The position numbers and the translations under genes were made by a program. From Tubiluchus corallicola (taxonomy: Eukaryota; Animalia; Priapulida), in the NCBI GenBank assembly GCA_030141605.1, contig JAQGDQ010000202.1, positions 1-64,000 on the forward strand: 64,000 nucleotides of DNA, written 5' to 3'. This document shows positions 46,981 to 59,779 of the stretch, piece by piece. Below the pieces are notes generated by a model, which saw only the letters and a list, made by a program, of their open reading frames with translations, was not told the origin of the DNA and made no database searches. Each line of letters starts with the position of its first letter. The first letter of the stretch is position 1.

Positions 46981-49900
46981 TATCAAATAGGCATACTTCA
47001 AAGAAACTGGGCAAGGATAAAAATCTATACTTTTATACTAAAAGGCACACACTAGATACACATTGCTTTTAATAAATGCATATGTATAGGCTGAGTGATC
47101 TCGAAGTAGGTTTCATGTGATTGTCTGGTTTCGATATTTGCTTTGGAAAGTTTTCATTCTCCAAACCGAATCTGGGCATTTGCTTCGTACAGCGCGGATA
47201 TAATATAAACAAACTAAGACACTTCTGCCAGTTTACTGCTCATCTTCAAGCACTACCTTTGATTATGAGCCAGGTTCTGGTGCTGCCACAAACATCTCGT
47301 CCTATCGCTGAAGGATCTACTTTAGCTAACAGTGTGCCAAAGTGTATGAACAAACGATTGCTATTTTTGGGCATTCATAACAACACAACATCTGACTGCT
47401 ACATTCTTATTTATGGAAAGGTCACTTTGTTCTGGTATAAAGTATAAGCAATAGCAATCATTACAAATACTATGATGCGGATTGTTGGTTTTCTTTGCAC
47501 AGCATTCTACAAAACTTCAATTTACAGAGGCTGAAACTAACACTAAAGACATAACAGTGTAAAGATAATGTTCTACCTATATTTATTGAAGTCACGATCT
47601 CTATAATCTGGATAAGATTCACTTCCTTCTGGTTCTTGATCCATTCTATCATCATATCTATTACCAAAACCCTTGCCACGAGATCTACCTCCTCTCCGTC
47701 TTGGCATCTCCGGCTGTTCATACTGAACTGTGTCATCTATAAAAAATAAAGCCACTGTTAGTTGCAGGTTCCAGTTAGTTGCTAAATATAAAATACCTGT
47801 GAAAATATTAAAAATAAGGTATAGTAAAAAGTTAGTACTTAAAAAAAAATAAATAACTAGGAATGTATAATAATGATGCTATGGTGGTGGTGGTAGTGAC
47901 CAAAATGAAATTAAGTCATCATAATTGATTACTTTTTAATATGCAACTTAAGGAGGCAATGAATTAAAATGAATGAATGCTTAAAAGACACATCACTGAG
48001 GGGGCACCTTGTGTGCTAATTCATTTCATTTAACCACACTAAAGGCACTTTTTTGGTTTGACTGCAGAAAGGGTAAACTAAAAAATGATGTGCTATAGTA
48101 AAGACAGTGTGACAGTTTGAGTTAGCACAGAATCAAAGAGAATGTACTACAGAATAAAGTTAGTTATAATATGCAGTATTCATTTAATAATACATTTGTG
48201 CAAGGCAGAGAATTTAAAAAACGCTTTCATTTTATAACAGAGACCTCATATAATTAACATAATGCAGAAATTGCTTTCCCAAGTTACATGAAAATGATGC
48301 ATTAAATATGGGTACAGTTGACATGGGAAAATGTCAAATAGCTGAAAATTTGACAGCTTTGGTATTTGTAAAATTAAGAGATGTTGGAGATAGCATAGGA
48401 TTTTAAAAAAATAATTTTGACAGCTAATAGTTTTGCATTTCTAGAACTCTAAGCTTACATAGCAGTTAAGAAAACATAATAAAACCTTAATTCAACACTT
48501 TTTGTTAAATTGTACAACAAAACACGTTAGAAAAAATATCAACCTACGAAAAAAAAATAAAGAAAAGAAGATACACTACAAAATCACTAGTCTTGATCTC
48601 CAGTGCTAAATAATTGAACTCATACATGTCCCTGTTTAGACACCTACAAAATGCCAAGTTGTAACAACACTTTTTTTATAAATTTAATTTCTTAATGCCC
48701 TTTTTGTTCAACAACCTTGTTGTTTCATTTTAATTAATTTAGAAAATGTACCTCGTGGTCTTCCTCTATTGTCTTGTCTTTCACGCTCATCAAATAACTC
48801 ACGACGATCATCTAAAAACATACTAGATCATTAGCAATGTAATAATTAGAAGCAACAAAGTCCTGCTAAAACATATACAGTATACATCTGAGCTCATATT
48901 AAACACTAAAATATTTATCAATGCAGCCATCATCACTATCATCATCGTCATCATCATCATCATATCATCGTCATCACCATTATCATCACTTTCATCATCA
49001 CAATTATCATCATCACCATCGTCATCATTGCCATTTCTAAGACCGTTGATTTGAAAGTGGAAATATTTTGCAAATGCTCTGGATTAAATTCAAATCTTTG
49101 CAGTCAACTGTGTGCAAACATTCCCTGCATTACCTGTAAGTGTCGCATAAATTGATATCTCTGTAACAGGTATTGTAGACAAGAAAAAAACAGGTGCATT
49201 TATATATGTAGTACATAAACCCATGTGCCGGCAGCATTAATACATCATATTCAACATGACGACTATATTATGACTGAAATTTCTATACTCTTAAAGTAAG
49301 TAAGTATTTGCAAGTCACAGAAAATGACTCACCAAACAGTTCTCGCTCATATCTTGCAGGCCTCTCCCGAGGTTTACTTAGCTCTCCTCGAAGAAGAGGT
49401 ACAGGTCCGTACCTATCATCAACTGGAAGTGGCATAGGTATACTAGGCCCATATGGATCGCCATGACGATTTATTAGACGAGTCTCATAGTTTGGACCTC
49501 TTCGATCATCCATTCTTTCAGTTAATGGGTGTGGGTCTCTATATTCATCTGGTAGAAGACTTTTCCGCTCACCTATAGGAAAACCTCTTCGATCAAATAA
49601 CGTAGGGCCTCTTCGATCATCTCCTGATGCATTTCTGCGGTCATCTGGTGCTGGCCCACGCCGAGAACCTCGTGGTGGAACCCGACGATCACGTTCAGTA
49701 ACTGGAGGGACCCTTATATCGTCTCGAGGCTGCGTTCGGCGATCATCAGGCGGTAAATGTGTCAAAGAATGTCCCCTGTGGTCATCTCTAGAGGATGCAT
49801 GTCTGTCCTCAGAATGTCTGCTGCGGTTATCTAGGGGCAGTGAACGATAATCCCATTCTGAAACTCCATGATCATCATTCTTATCATACCGACCATAGTC

Positions 49901-52900
49901 ACCTCTATGATCAGTCCTTTCATGAGAGTATCCACGTTGACTTTCTGGCCGTTGGTAATCTTTTCTGCCACGATCACTAAACGAATAATCTGGATGTTCC
50001 TGATATTTATCATGATCATTATATCCACCTTTTTCATCCAAGTGCCGATCTCGTTGATCATATCGGCTAGCAGTGCGATTTGCATCCGAAGAAATGTCAC
50101 GATGCAAATCTCTTGGATCACGTCGACCAGGTGGATGATGCTCACGTTCTTTATCATCTTTTGCAGGCCTGCTTTTGCCAGGTGAATACCTGTCGTGTTT
50201 TTCTTTTTCATGCATCTTTTCACCTCGCTGAAAATCTGTCCTGGACATTTTTTTCTCATACACTTCCTGAGTATCAATCTTATCATCATTTAATCGATGC
50301 TTGATTGAAGTTTCCTGACTCAGAGCTTTTTTCTTCTTCAATTTTTCTTTTTTACTACTTGGGGTTAATTCTCTCCTCTTTTCCTTGTTTTTGTCATCCG
50401 ATCGCCTATCTCTAGACTGAGAGCTATGAGATTCTGAAGATGCACTCCTTGCCTTCATGAATTGCTGCCCTTTTCTGTGTTCTATCTTTTCTTCGTGTGG
50501 AGAAGGTTTTAGCTTTTTACGTGATTTTCTTTCCGGAGAAGAGCTGAATGATTTCCGTTTATCTTTCTTCTTTGTTACTAATCTCGATTTTGCATCCTTA
50601 TCTTGGCCAGAAGATTTAACATGACTGCCACTTTCCTTGCTGGTGTGCTTTTGCTTTCCGTGTGCTTTTAACTCTGGCCCTCTAACTGGCGTTACTGATA
50701 TTCGTTCAAGGAGCTTGTGCTTCTCTTTTGCTTTTTTAGTCTTTTTGCCACTAGGTGGAGTAACTCCCAACTTTTTTCCATGTTTATTCACCTTAACACT
50801 TTCTTGTGTGGCATATTTGTGTTTGTGGGAACTTGATCTAAAAAATAAATAAATAAATACTTCAGGTTTTGATCCTAACAGGTAGAGGCTAGTATGAACC
50901 AATAATAGGACCAAAACAGAAAAGATATTTCACGAAAAAACGGGCCGGAAATTTCATAGTTACAAAATACACGATATTCTTTCAAAATCACAATTTGACA
51001 CCTATCATAATTGATACTTACTTGCTTTTCTTTTTTGGTTCTGGAGAAGACAGAATCTCACTCTTAGACATCTTTTTATCTTTTGACAAAATCTTTTTCT
51101 CATCTTTGTAAGCCTTCTTCTTTTTGAATGCGTGATCAAAAGAAACTGGTTTTGATTTTTTCTTTGTTTCCATCTGAGTCTTATCTTGTCGGGATTTGTG
51201 ATCAGCTTTTTCTAAAATACATTTAATAACAGCGACTTAAACTGAGTCAAATAGAAAGCATTTTTAACAAATCAGTTTATACAATACTAGAATACAAACT
51301 TTTTTACAAATGTTCTCATTAATCAATGAATGTTCTTATTAAATTATAAATGTTTTTTCTGACACTATAGTGGTAGACTTATTTACACTATTCGTATGAT
51401 TGCCTAAAAATTTAGCAGAAAATAATTTGAATTAAATAACTTGCAAAACAACTGCTGCTATGTAATGAGCTATTCGCAATGTAAAGAGGAACAAGCTAGG
51501 GACAGCTAAAAAGGCTGTATTATTAAATAAGCATTTCTTTACTTGTTATGAGCACAACAATACCACAGCTTAACAATAACATTTTAAGTCTTGTTGTGAG
51601 ATAGATAAAGACATAATAAACTTACTTTTTGGCAATTCACGTTGCTTCTTAGCTATTTTCTTTTTCCGTTTGACCGGAGGACTATCACTATCACTATCAC
51701 TACTGCTACTGCTCGAGGTGCTAGAAGAACCTGAAGATGATGACGAAGTGGAAGAAGAATAAGAGCTCGATGACTCGCTCGTCATTGATGATTCTTTTAC
51801 CTGAAAAAAACCAAATGTTGTAACAATATATTACAAAATTATATATTTTGCAAACAAACACAATTCAAAACAACAACTGGCAAATGGTGCACGGCACTAA
51901 TTTAAATAAGCACAGAAATTTAATTCAGCCACAGAATAATTGCTAACATAACTGCTATTTAACACTATGGGCAAAAATATAATGAAGTTTCTATAGTACC
52001 TTCTTGGGTGGAATAACAGGTGGATTTTCAACATCGGTGTCATTTTCTCTAGCCAATTCCAACGCAAGTTCCTGTTGAAGCTTCTGACGTTGCTGTTCTA
52101 GTAATAATACCTCCTGGAAATCCATCATCTTCTCTTTTTCTTTTTTCTTTTTCCATTCTATAGCCAAAAGCAAAATTATCTAATACTAACCTGAAAGTAA
52201 TGACATACATAAAGCTAAACACTGTCTAAGAAATATCCGCTGGTGTTTCACTTAAACACAAATTTTATATGGAAGTATACAGTAAACCAGTATGGAAAAT
52301 ACAGTGGCTAAAACTGTTAGGACAAAAAAACTTAACATCTTAACATAGATTTTATTAAGAAAACATTGAGTTCTACTGCTTCTCCCAATATTTCTAAACA
52401 TGTTTACTCTGCAGTTGTTAGCATGAATCTGAAGTTAAACTATAAGTCTAATATCCAGCACAAAACTACCAAACATATACTTCAAGATATTACAAATATC
52501 CATTTTGTACAGATATGTATAGACATGCTTTCTTTGCCACATCATTTGAAAATTACGGATTTCGTCTTTTAATAAATGTGATCTAAATCTTATTAGATTT
52601 ATTAGTTTTAGACATGAAAGTAAGAATTCAATTACTAAAACAGCAACTGGTCGTGCAATCCTGGAACATATCTATTACATTACTCCAACCTTTCACAAAT
52701 TTTACAGTTAAGTCTTTGCTTGACAACATTTCGTATTAACGACACTAATCCTTTCATGCTTTTTTATTTAAAGATGCATGTTTCATTTTAACGATGATTT
52801 TTAGCCTTACTTTTAAGCACTGAATCTCGTTTACTGCACTTGCACTCTATAAATGAAGCACACTACTTAACCAAAATCATCATATAGTTACTACGTTTCT

Positions 52901-55900
52901 AATAATTTGCCTAACTAAACAGACAGCAGGCAAATCAAATCAACTAAAAAAATATTTATTTTTTGTCTCAGTCAAAAAATGTATAAGATTAATATAACTT
53001 AATTAACCGAACAAATGGGAAGGGGTGGTGAAAAACATCCAGTGCTGGATCAAAGCACAGGGCTTTATGGGCTGCAGCCTAGGAGCTTCCCACCAGCTGA
53101 GTGGCTTCCAGAGATTAACTGAAATTAATTTATTGTGCAAAGAATATAAATACGCAGCAAATGCGATGCATTCATACAGGGAAGCGCTGGCTGCAAAAAG
53201 GAAAAATTTAATCAACCAGATATAGATTTTTTTATGCAAAAACAAAAGGAGAAAAAGAATAAAGAAAATGGCTGTAAGAGAGCAACCAGGGAGGAAGGAT
53301 TTTAGTTTCCATACTTTAGTTACTAATTAGCAATAAATCTTAGTGTTTATTTATGAGCCAAGCATTACTGATTTTTGCCTGCAACATAACTGAATACTTT
53401 TACATAGCCACGCTTTATTATTAACTTCTGTCTTGTTGAAGCAACCGAATGCTTTTATACAGCCAAGCGCTATTGATTTTTGCTTCCGCAATGCAACTGA
53501 AGGTTTTCACATTATTTCTTATTGAAATTGTTTCATTTTGTGAGGTTTTGTTGAATGGCATGTTTTGCTGGTATTCATTAGCATCATTAAGCAAGGACTT
53601 AAATGTATTTCAACAGAATGATACCTAAACTTAGTTACTGTTCTCTACTGCATGCTGTATAGTTTAAACGAATATGTTTTTTCCGCTAACTATAGATTTA
53701 TTCGATTCACTATTGATAAATTCAATAATTGTTTGTACTCGGACATTGACTTGCAATTTTTGCTAATTTGTAATATTGATATCATCGTAATCACGTGCCT
53801 GTTTAAGTCAATTGTACACATCGAGAAGGAAGAATTCTAAAATAAAAGAAATCTGCCCTCAGAACACGTAAATGCAGCAATAATTCAGCAAAAAAGTAGA
53901 CACTGCTATGCCACTGGCTTGTCAGCACCTCTTCCATTATAATAAACAAATAAATATATCACAAAAACTGCATGTTAAATATCCACAAGTAATGATAACA
54001 AGAACTTTTCTCCACTAAGAACTATCTGACACCACAGTTACCTTTGTATCCTATGAAAGAAGAAGAGTCATCACTGCTGACATTTTCCATATCTTGATTA
54101 GCAGGAATGGTCCGTGGACGCATTAAATTAACTTCAGAAATCTTTGATTTATGCTATTAAACAATATGCAAACCCATTAGAGTATTCGACAAAAAAACAA
54201 AGTGAGCAATATGAGTAATATTGAGCACAAACTGAATACAATGACGGCAACTATTTAAACTGATAATTTAAACTGGCCATTTTCTTTATTAAAATATACT
54301 ATAAATTACTAGTTTCTAATGACATTATACAACAATGAACCAATAAGAATTTTTTGTAAACACACATACACAGACTTTCTACGACATGCACAGGATACTA
54401 AATAGTTCGCAAATAAAAGTGTTGAATTCAAACTGAAAACCAACTTAAAAGGCTTACGCTTGAATCACATGAGTGTTAAATGTTATGGCTATATACAGAA
54501 CAAATATATATGAAAGGAGCAGTTAAATATTACTAACAATCAACAAACATGGAAAAATTCTGCAGGATACATTCATGTCTGAAGCTGACAGTCTCCAAAA
54601 AATGAGTGTCTTAAATTTACTTGCTTTGTTTTTCAGTTTAATAAATTTTCTTATAATTCTGCCTTCACAGCAACATTACATTAATAGCATAGCAAGTTTT
54701 GCAAAGATCAAACTCAATGTTTAGCTCACGCAATGTTTTCAACTGTAAACTTATAATTATGATAATTACCTTTACATAAAAGGAAAACTATTATTAATAA
54801 GTACATTGATGCCATACCTTTTTTACATTTCCTTTGTCTTTCCAGTATTCGCCTTTGTTATCAGAAGATTCCTCCTCTTCCCTTTAGAAACAGAAAGCAT
54901 TTTAGCATTTTCCTGTAGCTCATACCTTATTTGAGGTAAGTAAAAAATTTGACTTTTTTATTTAAAATTTTAAATCATCAGCAGAGCAACAAATGATACC
55001 AACATTACCATCACAATTATTGCAAGTATGCTAAATAAATAGTAATCGCAGTGTTGAAAATGCCTGCACAATTTACCCCCATTTCCTATTTTTGCACAAC
55101 CTTTAATAACAAACTTCTTTTTACTACTATACAATAACAAAAAAACTTAAGTAAATACAAATTGTTACTGTAAGCAAAGTAACTATATGTTGTTATACCT
55201 AGATTTGCCTGTTACGTGTTGGTATTTACAAGAGGCCCCAAACTTACATATCCCAGTTTTTGCAAATGTTCTGCATATTTCTGGCCATTCAGAACCAGAT
55301 GAACCAAAAACCTAAAGAACACAAAAAGTAAACCTGATTAGCACAAAGTAATAAGCAGCTAAACAATGACTACAGCAAATACCCACATCTGCAACAAGTA
55401 TATTAATATCAAGGTCATCATCATGCACATTACTTAATGTAAATACTTTACAGCATGTACCATGTACATAACAGTTAATATCCCTATTTTAATATTACAT
55501 ACAACTAACACTAAAACTCAACAATCTTACTGGAAAGGCAAAATATTACTATATGAAGCCCATAATCAGCAAAGCCTCAAGCGTTCCACTATGCAAACAT
55601 GTAGCGCATACCATGTGCTGACTGTAGCCTGTATGACTTGTGTAACACCCTTAACTATTTTCAATTTGCCATATTTGGGGGTAACAATAAGTTCCGGTTG
55701 TCAAACAAACTCCAAAAAAGCAAAAATACATGTACAGTCAAACCTCTTTTTACTGCCTGCTTTGGGACTGCAAAAAGGTTGACATTAAACAACTTTGATG
55801 TTATAAAGAGGTGCTTTAATACATATATGTCTACGCAAATATAGACATTTTGTTTTGCCAAAAAATTTGGGTTTCAAGCGAAGCTGGCATTATGGGGGGG

Positions 55901-56858
55901 TGGCACTATAACGAGTTTTGACTGAAGTCTTAAAATTACTCCAAATTTCATGCGTTATACCATCACGTTATCTTGCAAGTGTTAAATATGCATTATCGGT
56001 GTTGAAGAAAATTTCCAAATGAATAAAAACATTTAAAAGATGATATCAAAGAAGACAAAGATGATATCAACAAGATGACATTAAACTGTTGACTTCATCA
56101 AAGAATAATATTTGTAACTTAGCTAAAAATAAATTTTAAAGCCAAAGTTTTACAGACAGTGACTTTTTTGCGACAATTCAAAATTTTCTAAGTGTGACAG
56201 TCACCAAAATATTCCCGCGAAGGGTTCGCATAACCTTCGTTACATTTTTACGAATTTTGGGCTTCTTTCTCGAGCAAAAATTGTGAGAATGTTGCACAAA
56301 ATCGCATGACATGTTTGCACATATTTGGTATCACTCTCGACACCAGTGATACTTATGCAACAAAGCGAATGTTACATGACATTTGCGAGAGTACATTGCA
56401 ACCATTTGACGACAATTTTCACGAGACAGAAATGCGGGATAACCGAGGCTCGCCAAAATGGTCGCAACATTCTCAAAAGCATCGCGGAATCTGAAATTGT
56501 TGTGAACGTTTGGTGCTACAACAGCTTGGAGAAGCTTTGGCGAGGTTGTGAGTTTTGTGACTGTGACGGCAAACTTTAAACTTTTTAAAAAAATTTCCAG
56601 AGCCGGTGATCTTGGGCGACAATGGCGAACACTTATGAATATTTTGACTCTTTGACGAACTTTTGGCGCATGTTTGGACTTAGAAATTTTCGGATAGTTG
56701 AGGACGCCATAAAAGTCTTGGCTTAAATAATAACAAAACAAATAATAATGAAAAAATACCTCTTTATTTTGCTGAGTTTTTGCACTTGTGCCAAGTCGCT
56801 CAAATACACTTGTACGCTTGCCTTCCTTCTTTGAAGATGTACGCTTACTGGAGGACAT
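34231..56858 (-). CDS. ZC3H13: zinc finger CCCH domain-containing protein 13 (Flacc/Xio; m6A writer MACOM subunit), about 16 coding exons
   Basis: Motifs: N-terminal RTSVFERLG, CCCH finger CRTFAKTGICKFGASCKYQH, LEQQRQKLQQEL, a long K/R/D/S-rich middle, and C-terminal EPISDDEL, DVDWASL, RVGISKQFAG, GPNRKALCARSDIEIRRRL and VDSELYAQHLALF. Approximate exons: 56858-56760, 55311-55199, 54881-54818, 54153-54042, 52158-52000, 51800-51626, 51211-51022, 50837-49333, 48811-48751, 47736-47577, 46440-46200, 45693-45291, 44260-44102, 43840-43652, 43076-42901, 34365-34231. Confidence 0.9.
34543..35530 (-). repeat. 3' LTR
   Basis: TGTGACGATG...GCGTCACA, with about 8 substitutions seen by eye against the other LTR. 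A short purine-rich AACGGAGGA (PPT-like) lies adjacent on the minus strand. Confidence 0.97.
36126..40778 (-). CDS. gag-pol polyprotein with order Gag(SCAN-like CA, CCHC)-PR-IN-RT-RNaseH
   Basis: First ATG at 40778. Motifs in order: zinc knuckle CYTCGELGHKRIQC, protease DSGA, integrase HHCC (AHDAHMAGH...CRSCVPC) and DDE (MDIIGP, TDRGTQF, TERFNG), then RT (LDLSKAYWQ, YIDD) and RNase H (TDAS, ELLA, TDQ, ADSLSR). Confidence 0.97.
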   Translation of the reverse strand: MSRVYVESELQQLTVPVLKQITVERRLTLQQGTNKAGIIDIIINAQGNPVTTGEPSVRPKEVGGVSSTPSVSVAQMSGRRRVSDQLLATPPPADLTLHSGINGKPANDEMTERSVSLYNIEKLKLVEREKEREWEREREERRERMQREEREWQREREERRERMQKEQYQFELKLRELDATSPSHVTQVPPQSPDGILTTTASRIPRVKLSRVFTEGTDDLHTFLQWFEAVAKANGLEEKHFAASLGPALSGKAAQAFQQVPLDSMQDYNVVKKTLLAAYVLSNDMYLERFRKITRRPDETFRQLFVRLDRALQEWLKAEEASTFENVCELLCIEQALTLMPREMSIWVRQQGQKTMEKVAEKADLYIASNALGTASKLKQMQQQRGNSRPAVFSNGSGKKMNNDVMKKIRCYTCGELGHKRIQCPKRPNYGETSGKSRNPSRQFLAKTGNTSHSTSLPAAMPECVPESDEFSFKAKINGICIDGIRDSGASVSLIQPRYVRPEQFLQSENYTKIWCVHGDAKNTRIAVVEVECMLVNGRLRVAVSDSLPMPFLLGNDYRTAVTPFSIKQSFSTPPKSVDLECVTPENSDTSYYFDELLSGNTNVAKQAGNSKKAFAVTRSKAKQLQAEAKSEKKLLSSLNADQKAEKNIASGVDTKAQQQQLSQLSKEQLQQEQRDDVSLRNLRDHAVTETAARAQRKGYFIKDGVLYYLTREKRDAEPYELLVVPKSRRLAVLSLAHDAHMAGHLGIRKTTQRVLQECIWPRVKRSVIQYCRSCVPCQKTARIKLSDKAKLKPLSIPSIAFRTIAMDIIGPMKRTPSGNKYALVIIDHATRYPDCYPLPNIETTTVVKALLQYICQHGIPREILTDRGTQFTSQLIHDLEQALGVKGIFTSPYNPQGNGLTERFNGSLKSCILKVMQNEKHLPWDETIPFILFAFREVPLESTGYAPFQLVYGFPVRGPLAALKERWGSVEAPKWEEIDDYVTRIINTVEEATTDAHEALQKAKISQKKWYDKTTSERSLEIGQKVLVLMPEGKSKMQKRYRGPFTVGNGDVKVDEQEENECSLKLPEYAFPPSASPTQSLNDVAYDSHLNDEQISQLAAVLAEFSELFTDLPVRTELVQHRITLTNPTPVRQRPYRTPHARREVIRKELEEMQKLQVIRRSNSEFSSPVVLVPKKDAASGFRFCIDYRLLNARTAFNHYIMPRVDDIVDGMHGALWITTLDLSKAYWQIKLAEESQAYSAFVTEFGKFEFVVMPFGLVNSAQTCQSLVDRVLEAADEYAHGYIDDIMIKSNTWQFHLQHIRLVLALLRRAGLTLKPKKCNFAQTETKFLGYVVGKNRLRPQVEKIQKIHETPRPQTKRQVRAFLGLIGFYRRFIPMFSSIAVPLYALLEKNAPVHVDWNEECERSFLELRTALNLDTVLHSPDFSQKFVLTTDASFSGIGGVLTQVQSELGEVPITHVSRKLTTCERNYSVVEIELLAVVYSVSKLRYYLEGHEFIVRTDQRSLLALPRMKRNNRRLCTWALILQEFHFTVENIAGKDNIVADSLSRL
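41318..41335 (-). promoter_or_regulatory. primer-binding site complementary to the tRNA-Leu 3' end
   Basis: TGGTGTCAGAAGTGGGAT lies 3 nt from the 5' LTR and is complementary to ...ATCCCACTTCTGACACCA of eukaryotic tRNA-Leu(CAA). Confidence 0.9.
41339..42326 (-). repeat. 5' LTR
   Basis: Near-identical to 34543-35530; a TATAAAA is present on the minus strand about 70 nt into the LTR. Confidence 0.97.
46907..46976. repeat. (CACG)n(CA)n microsatellite
   Basis: Read directly from the sequence. Confidence 0.95.
55735..55924. mobile_element. Tc1/mariner-pogo-like MITE in ZC3H13 intron
   Basis: Imperfect ~23-bp TIR CAGTCAAACCTCTTTTTACTGCC / GGCACTATAACGAGTTTTGACTG, preceded by TA. Confidence 0.55.
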
Positions 56859-58408
56859 ACTGACTGACTGAAGGTACCAATTTAATCTTAAGCTGGCATC
56901 AGTGATAATTCCTGTCCAAGCAGTTGTATTCAAACAAAAAATTAATTGTGATTTCCTTATTAAGATTTTTCGGCATTTAAAATTCTAAAGTACATCTCTA
57001 TTATATTGCACTACATAATCAATCTACACTCTAGGACTTGTAATAACATCTAACTCAATACCATACTTACATTATATGCATGCATGTACGTACTGAGACT
57101 GTAAATCTACCAAATACTATTTTAAATTCAGTGTAATCTGATTAATCAATAAACACAAGATTTTATTTTCTTGATTGAAAACAAATTCAGGTACTGCGTC
57201 CAGCTAAATAACAAAGTGTCACGGTGTTATGATATTCTGAAAAATCTTTATTTATTGAAAAAGGATAAGACGAAAAAGTTCATACAAATTGAGAAAACAG
57301 TAATTATCTCAAACTGTTGTGAAAGGGAACAGTTTTAACACTCTCACTTTGCCCATATATAAAATCCTCAAGGTGTAAAAAATTAATACCACCACTGTAC
57401 GGCAGCACAACACCTCTTCTGGGTTGACTTTTATCAAGCTCTATTCATAAATTATTTAATTTTCTAATGTGCAGACTGTGACTAATAATACCGAGCCATA
57501 TTTGTAAATTTCATGTAAGAATGTACTATTTAATTTTCTTCAAGCTTTAATTGACATCAAAAATAAAGGTCATCTCATTACGCAATTATAATACATATTT
57601 GTCGATATAAATTTTTACAAAGTGTATTGTTAAGTGAATTTTTTATTTCATACAAAAATCCTTAGATTAAAAAAGTTAAATTAAATTCAGTAGAAAATGC
57701 ATACTTCTGGATACCAATGTATATTAATAAATTTAATACAGGATTTTATTTAGTACAAAATGCTGTACGAAATTTATCACACTCAATTACCTTCTCCTTT
57801 AGAGATCAATAACCACAAGTCTGTATTATATTAGAACAGTGAAACTAATTGATAAAACATTGTTTAATGCAAAACTGACCACTGAAAATCAATAAGTCAA
57901 ACACAGTTACATGTGTTAATTCGTAACCACTTTACGGAAAGTTGAAATGGTGGATGGCAAAATGCATTTTGGTACTCTCCTCAGGTAAGCAGGTGCATTT
58001 GCGAAAACAAGGAATCTCATGTTAACACAAAGTCACTACCAATGCAGCATGGCTTGAACACATTTACACACTACAAGAAACCAGCAGACTGCAATGAAGC
58101 TTCGATGAAACACAGCAACACTCCTTTACTCATCAGCCGCTAACCAAAAAGATCGCACACGATAATAGGAAACGTCATAAATCAATGGTGTCAAATTAAG
58201 AAATATCACAATTAATATGGGGAATTTAAGTTGCTAATAAAGACCTTGTTATAAACCAACAGAACATACAACAAAGCATTTTGCAATAATTCAATAAACT
58301 CTAAAACAACTGTAAGTCAACAATGTGAGGAACTTCTTACAATGATTCTTATTCAGAAAGACAGATGATGTGGTATCTAGACAATATACAGAATATCAGA
58401 ATATAGAT

Positions 58409-59779
58409 TTACTTTGCATCTTTTGCCTTTTGTTTTCTTTTCTTTTTCGTCTGTTTCTGCTCTTCATCGGGATCTTTTCCTTCCAAGATCAATTTCTTAC
58501 GCTTGTTAATATTCTTGTTTTCACCCATATCCATCTCATCCATGTGAATTTCTGCTTCTCTGCGGGCCACATTGACTTCAGTAAGAATCTGCAACACCAC
58601 ACTTTCGTTTGTTTTATGCTCTACGAGTTTTGTCTTGATCAAATTCTCAATTGCATGGACACGTTTCACATCATATTGAGTTACCAAAGTAAGTGCGAAT
58701 CCACCGCGTCCTGCCCGAGCAGTTCGACCTACACGATGAATATAATTTTTTGGCACAGACGGAACATTGTGATTTATAACTAAATCCACTTCAGGTATAT
58801 CTAAGCCTCTGCTAGCCACATCTGTAGCTACTAATATGTGCACCTGGTTAGATTTAAACTTAGTGAGAGCAGCTAGTCTTTCTCGCTGTCTTATCAAAGA
58901 ATGCAAAGCAGCACTAGGAAAACCTAGCTCACTCAGAGCCATAGACAAAGACTGGGCTTCTCTACAAGTTTGCACAAAAATCATGCACGATTTGTTAGGG
59001 TTTTCAGTTTGAAACTCTTGAATAATGTGAACTAAATAGCCATCTTTCACATGCTGAGGCACAAGCACGTATCTTTGATTTAACTCATCAACTGTAGCAA
59101 CATCTACATTTGCTGTCCAGAAAAATGGTTTACGAAGAGCAATTTGTTGCAGTTTTTCTAATCTATCTGTTATTGTTGCACTGAAAAGCAAAGTCTGGCG
59201 CTGTTTTGGAAGAACTGAAAAAACGGTTTGTAACTGTTCTGCAAAGTTTTCACTATCAAGTAACCGGTCTGCTTCATCTAATACCAAAAATTTTATCTTA
59301 CCAAAGTTCTTGCCATTTCCACTAAGAACATGATCTGCTAACCGTCCCGGTGTTGCCACGACAACATGAGGTTTTTTAGATAACTCACCTCCTTGTTTCA
59401 CCATATCCATTCCTCCTATTACTACAGCAACTTTTAGACCAATCGGTTTTCCTAGTACATCAAACTGATCAGAAATTTGAAAAGCCAACTCTCTAGTTGG
59501 AGTTAAAATTAATGCAAACACTCCATAGGGATCTTCACATAACCTCTGAAGAATTGGCAATGCAAACGCAGCAGTCTTTCCTGTGCCAGTCTTTGAACAA
59601 CCAATGCAATCAATACCTTTTAGTATTTGAGGTATGCAATTACATTGAACTGGCGTTGGCTTTGTTATCCCTATAGCAGAGCACTGTCTAACCAACCAAT
59701 CATTAAGATTTAATTGCAAGAAAGTACAATTAACAGATTCCTCCGTAGAAGGGCCACTTTCCCGTGCTGATGAAGACAT
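58409..59779 (-). CDS. DDX49: DEAD-box RNA helicase DDX49 (Dbp8 orthologue), single coding exon
   Basis: Q motif PTPVQ, SKTGTGKT, PTRELAFQI, DEAD, SAT, ASRGLDIP and HRVGRTARAGRGG. LCEDPYGVFAL and a C-terminal INKRKKLILEGKDP are typical of DDX49. Confidence 0.93.
   Translation of the reverse strand: MSSSARESGPSTEESVNCTFLQLNLNDWLVRQCSAIGITKPTPVQCNCIPQILKGIDCIGCSKTGTGKTAAFALPILQRLCEDPYGVFALILTPTRELAFQISDQFDVLGKPIGLKVAVVIGGMDMVKQGGELSKKPHVVVATPGRLADHVLSGNGKNFGKIKFLVLDEADRLLDSENFAEQLQTVFSVLPKQRQTLLFSATITDRLEKLQQIALRKPFFWTANVDVATVDELNQRYVLVPQHVKDGYLVHIIQEFQTENPNKSCMIFVQTCREAQSLSMALSELGFPSAALHSLIRQRERLAALTKFKSNQVHILVATDVASRGLDIPEVDLVINHNVPSVPKNYIHRVGRTARAGRGGFALTLVTQYDVKRVHAIENLIKTKLVEHKTNESVVLQILTEVNVARREAEIHMDEMDMGENKNINKRKKLILEGKDPDEEQKQTKKKRKQKAKDAK

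Noticed and set aside
49283-50914. Stand-alone 543-aa gene
   Set aside because: It is the large internal exon (about 50837-49333) of ZC3H13; the ORF ends run into introns.
53039-53920. hAT-like MITE beginning CAGTGCTGGATC (also similar starts at 4877 and 12460)
   Set aside because: No matching second TIR or TSD could be identified by eye.
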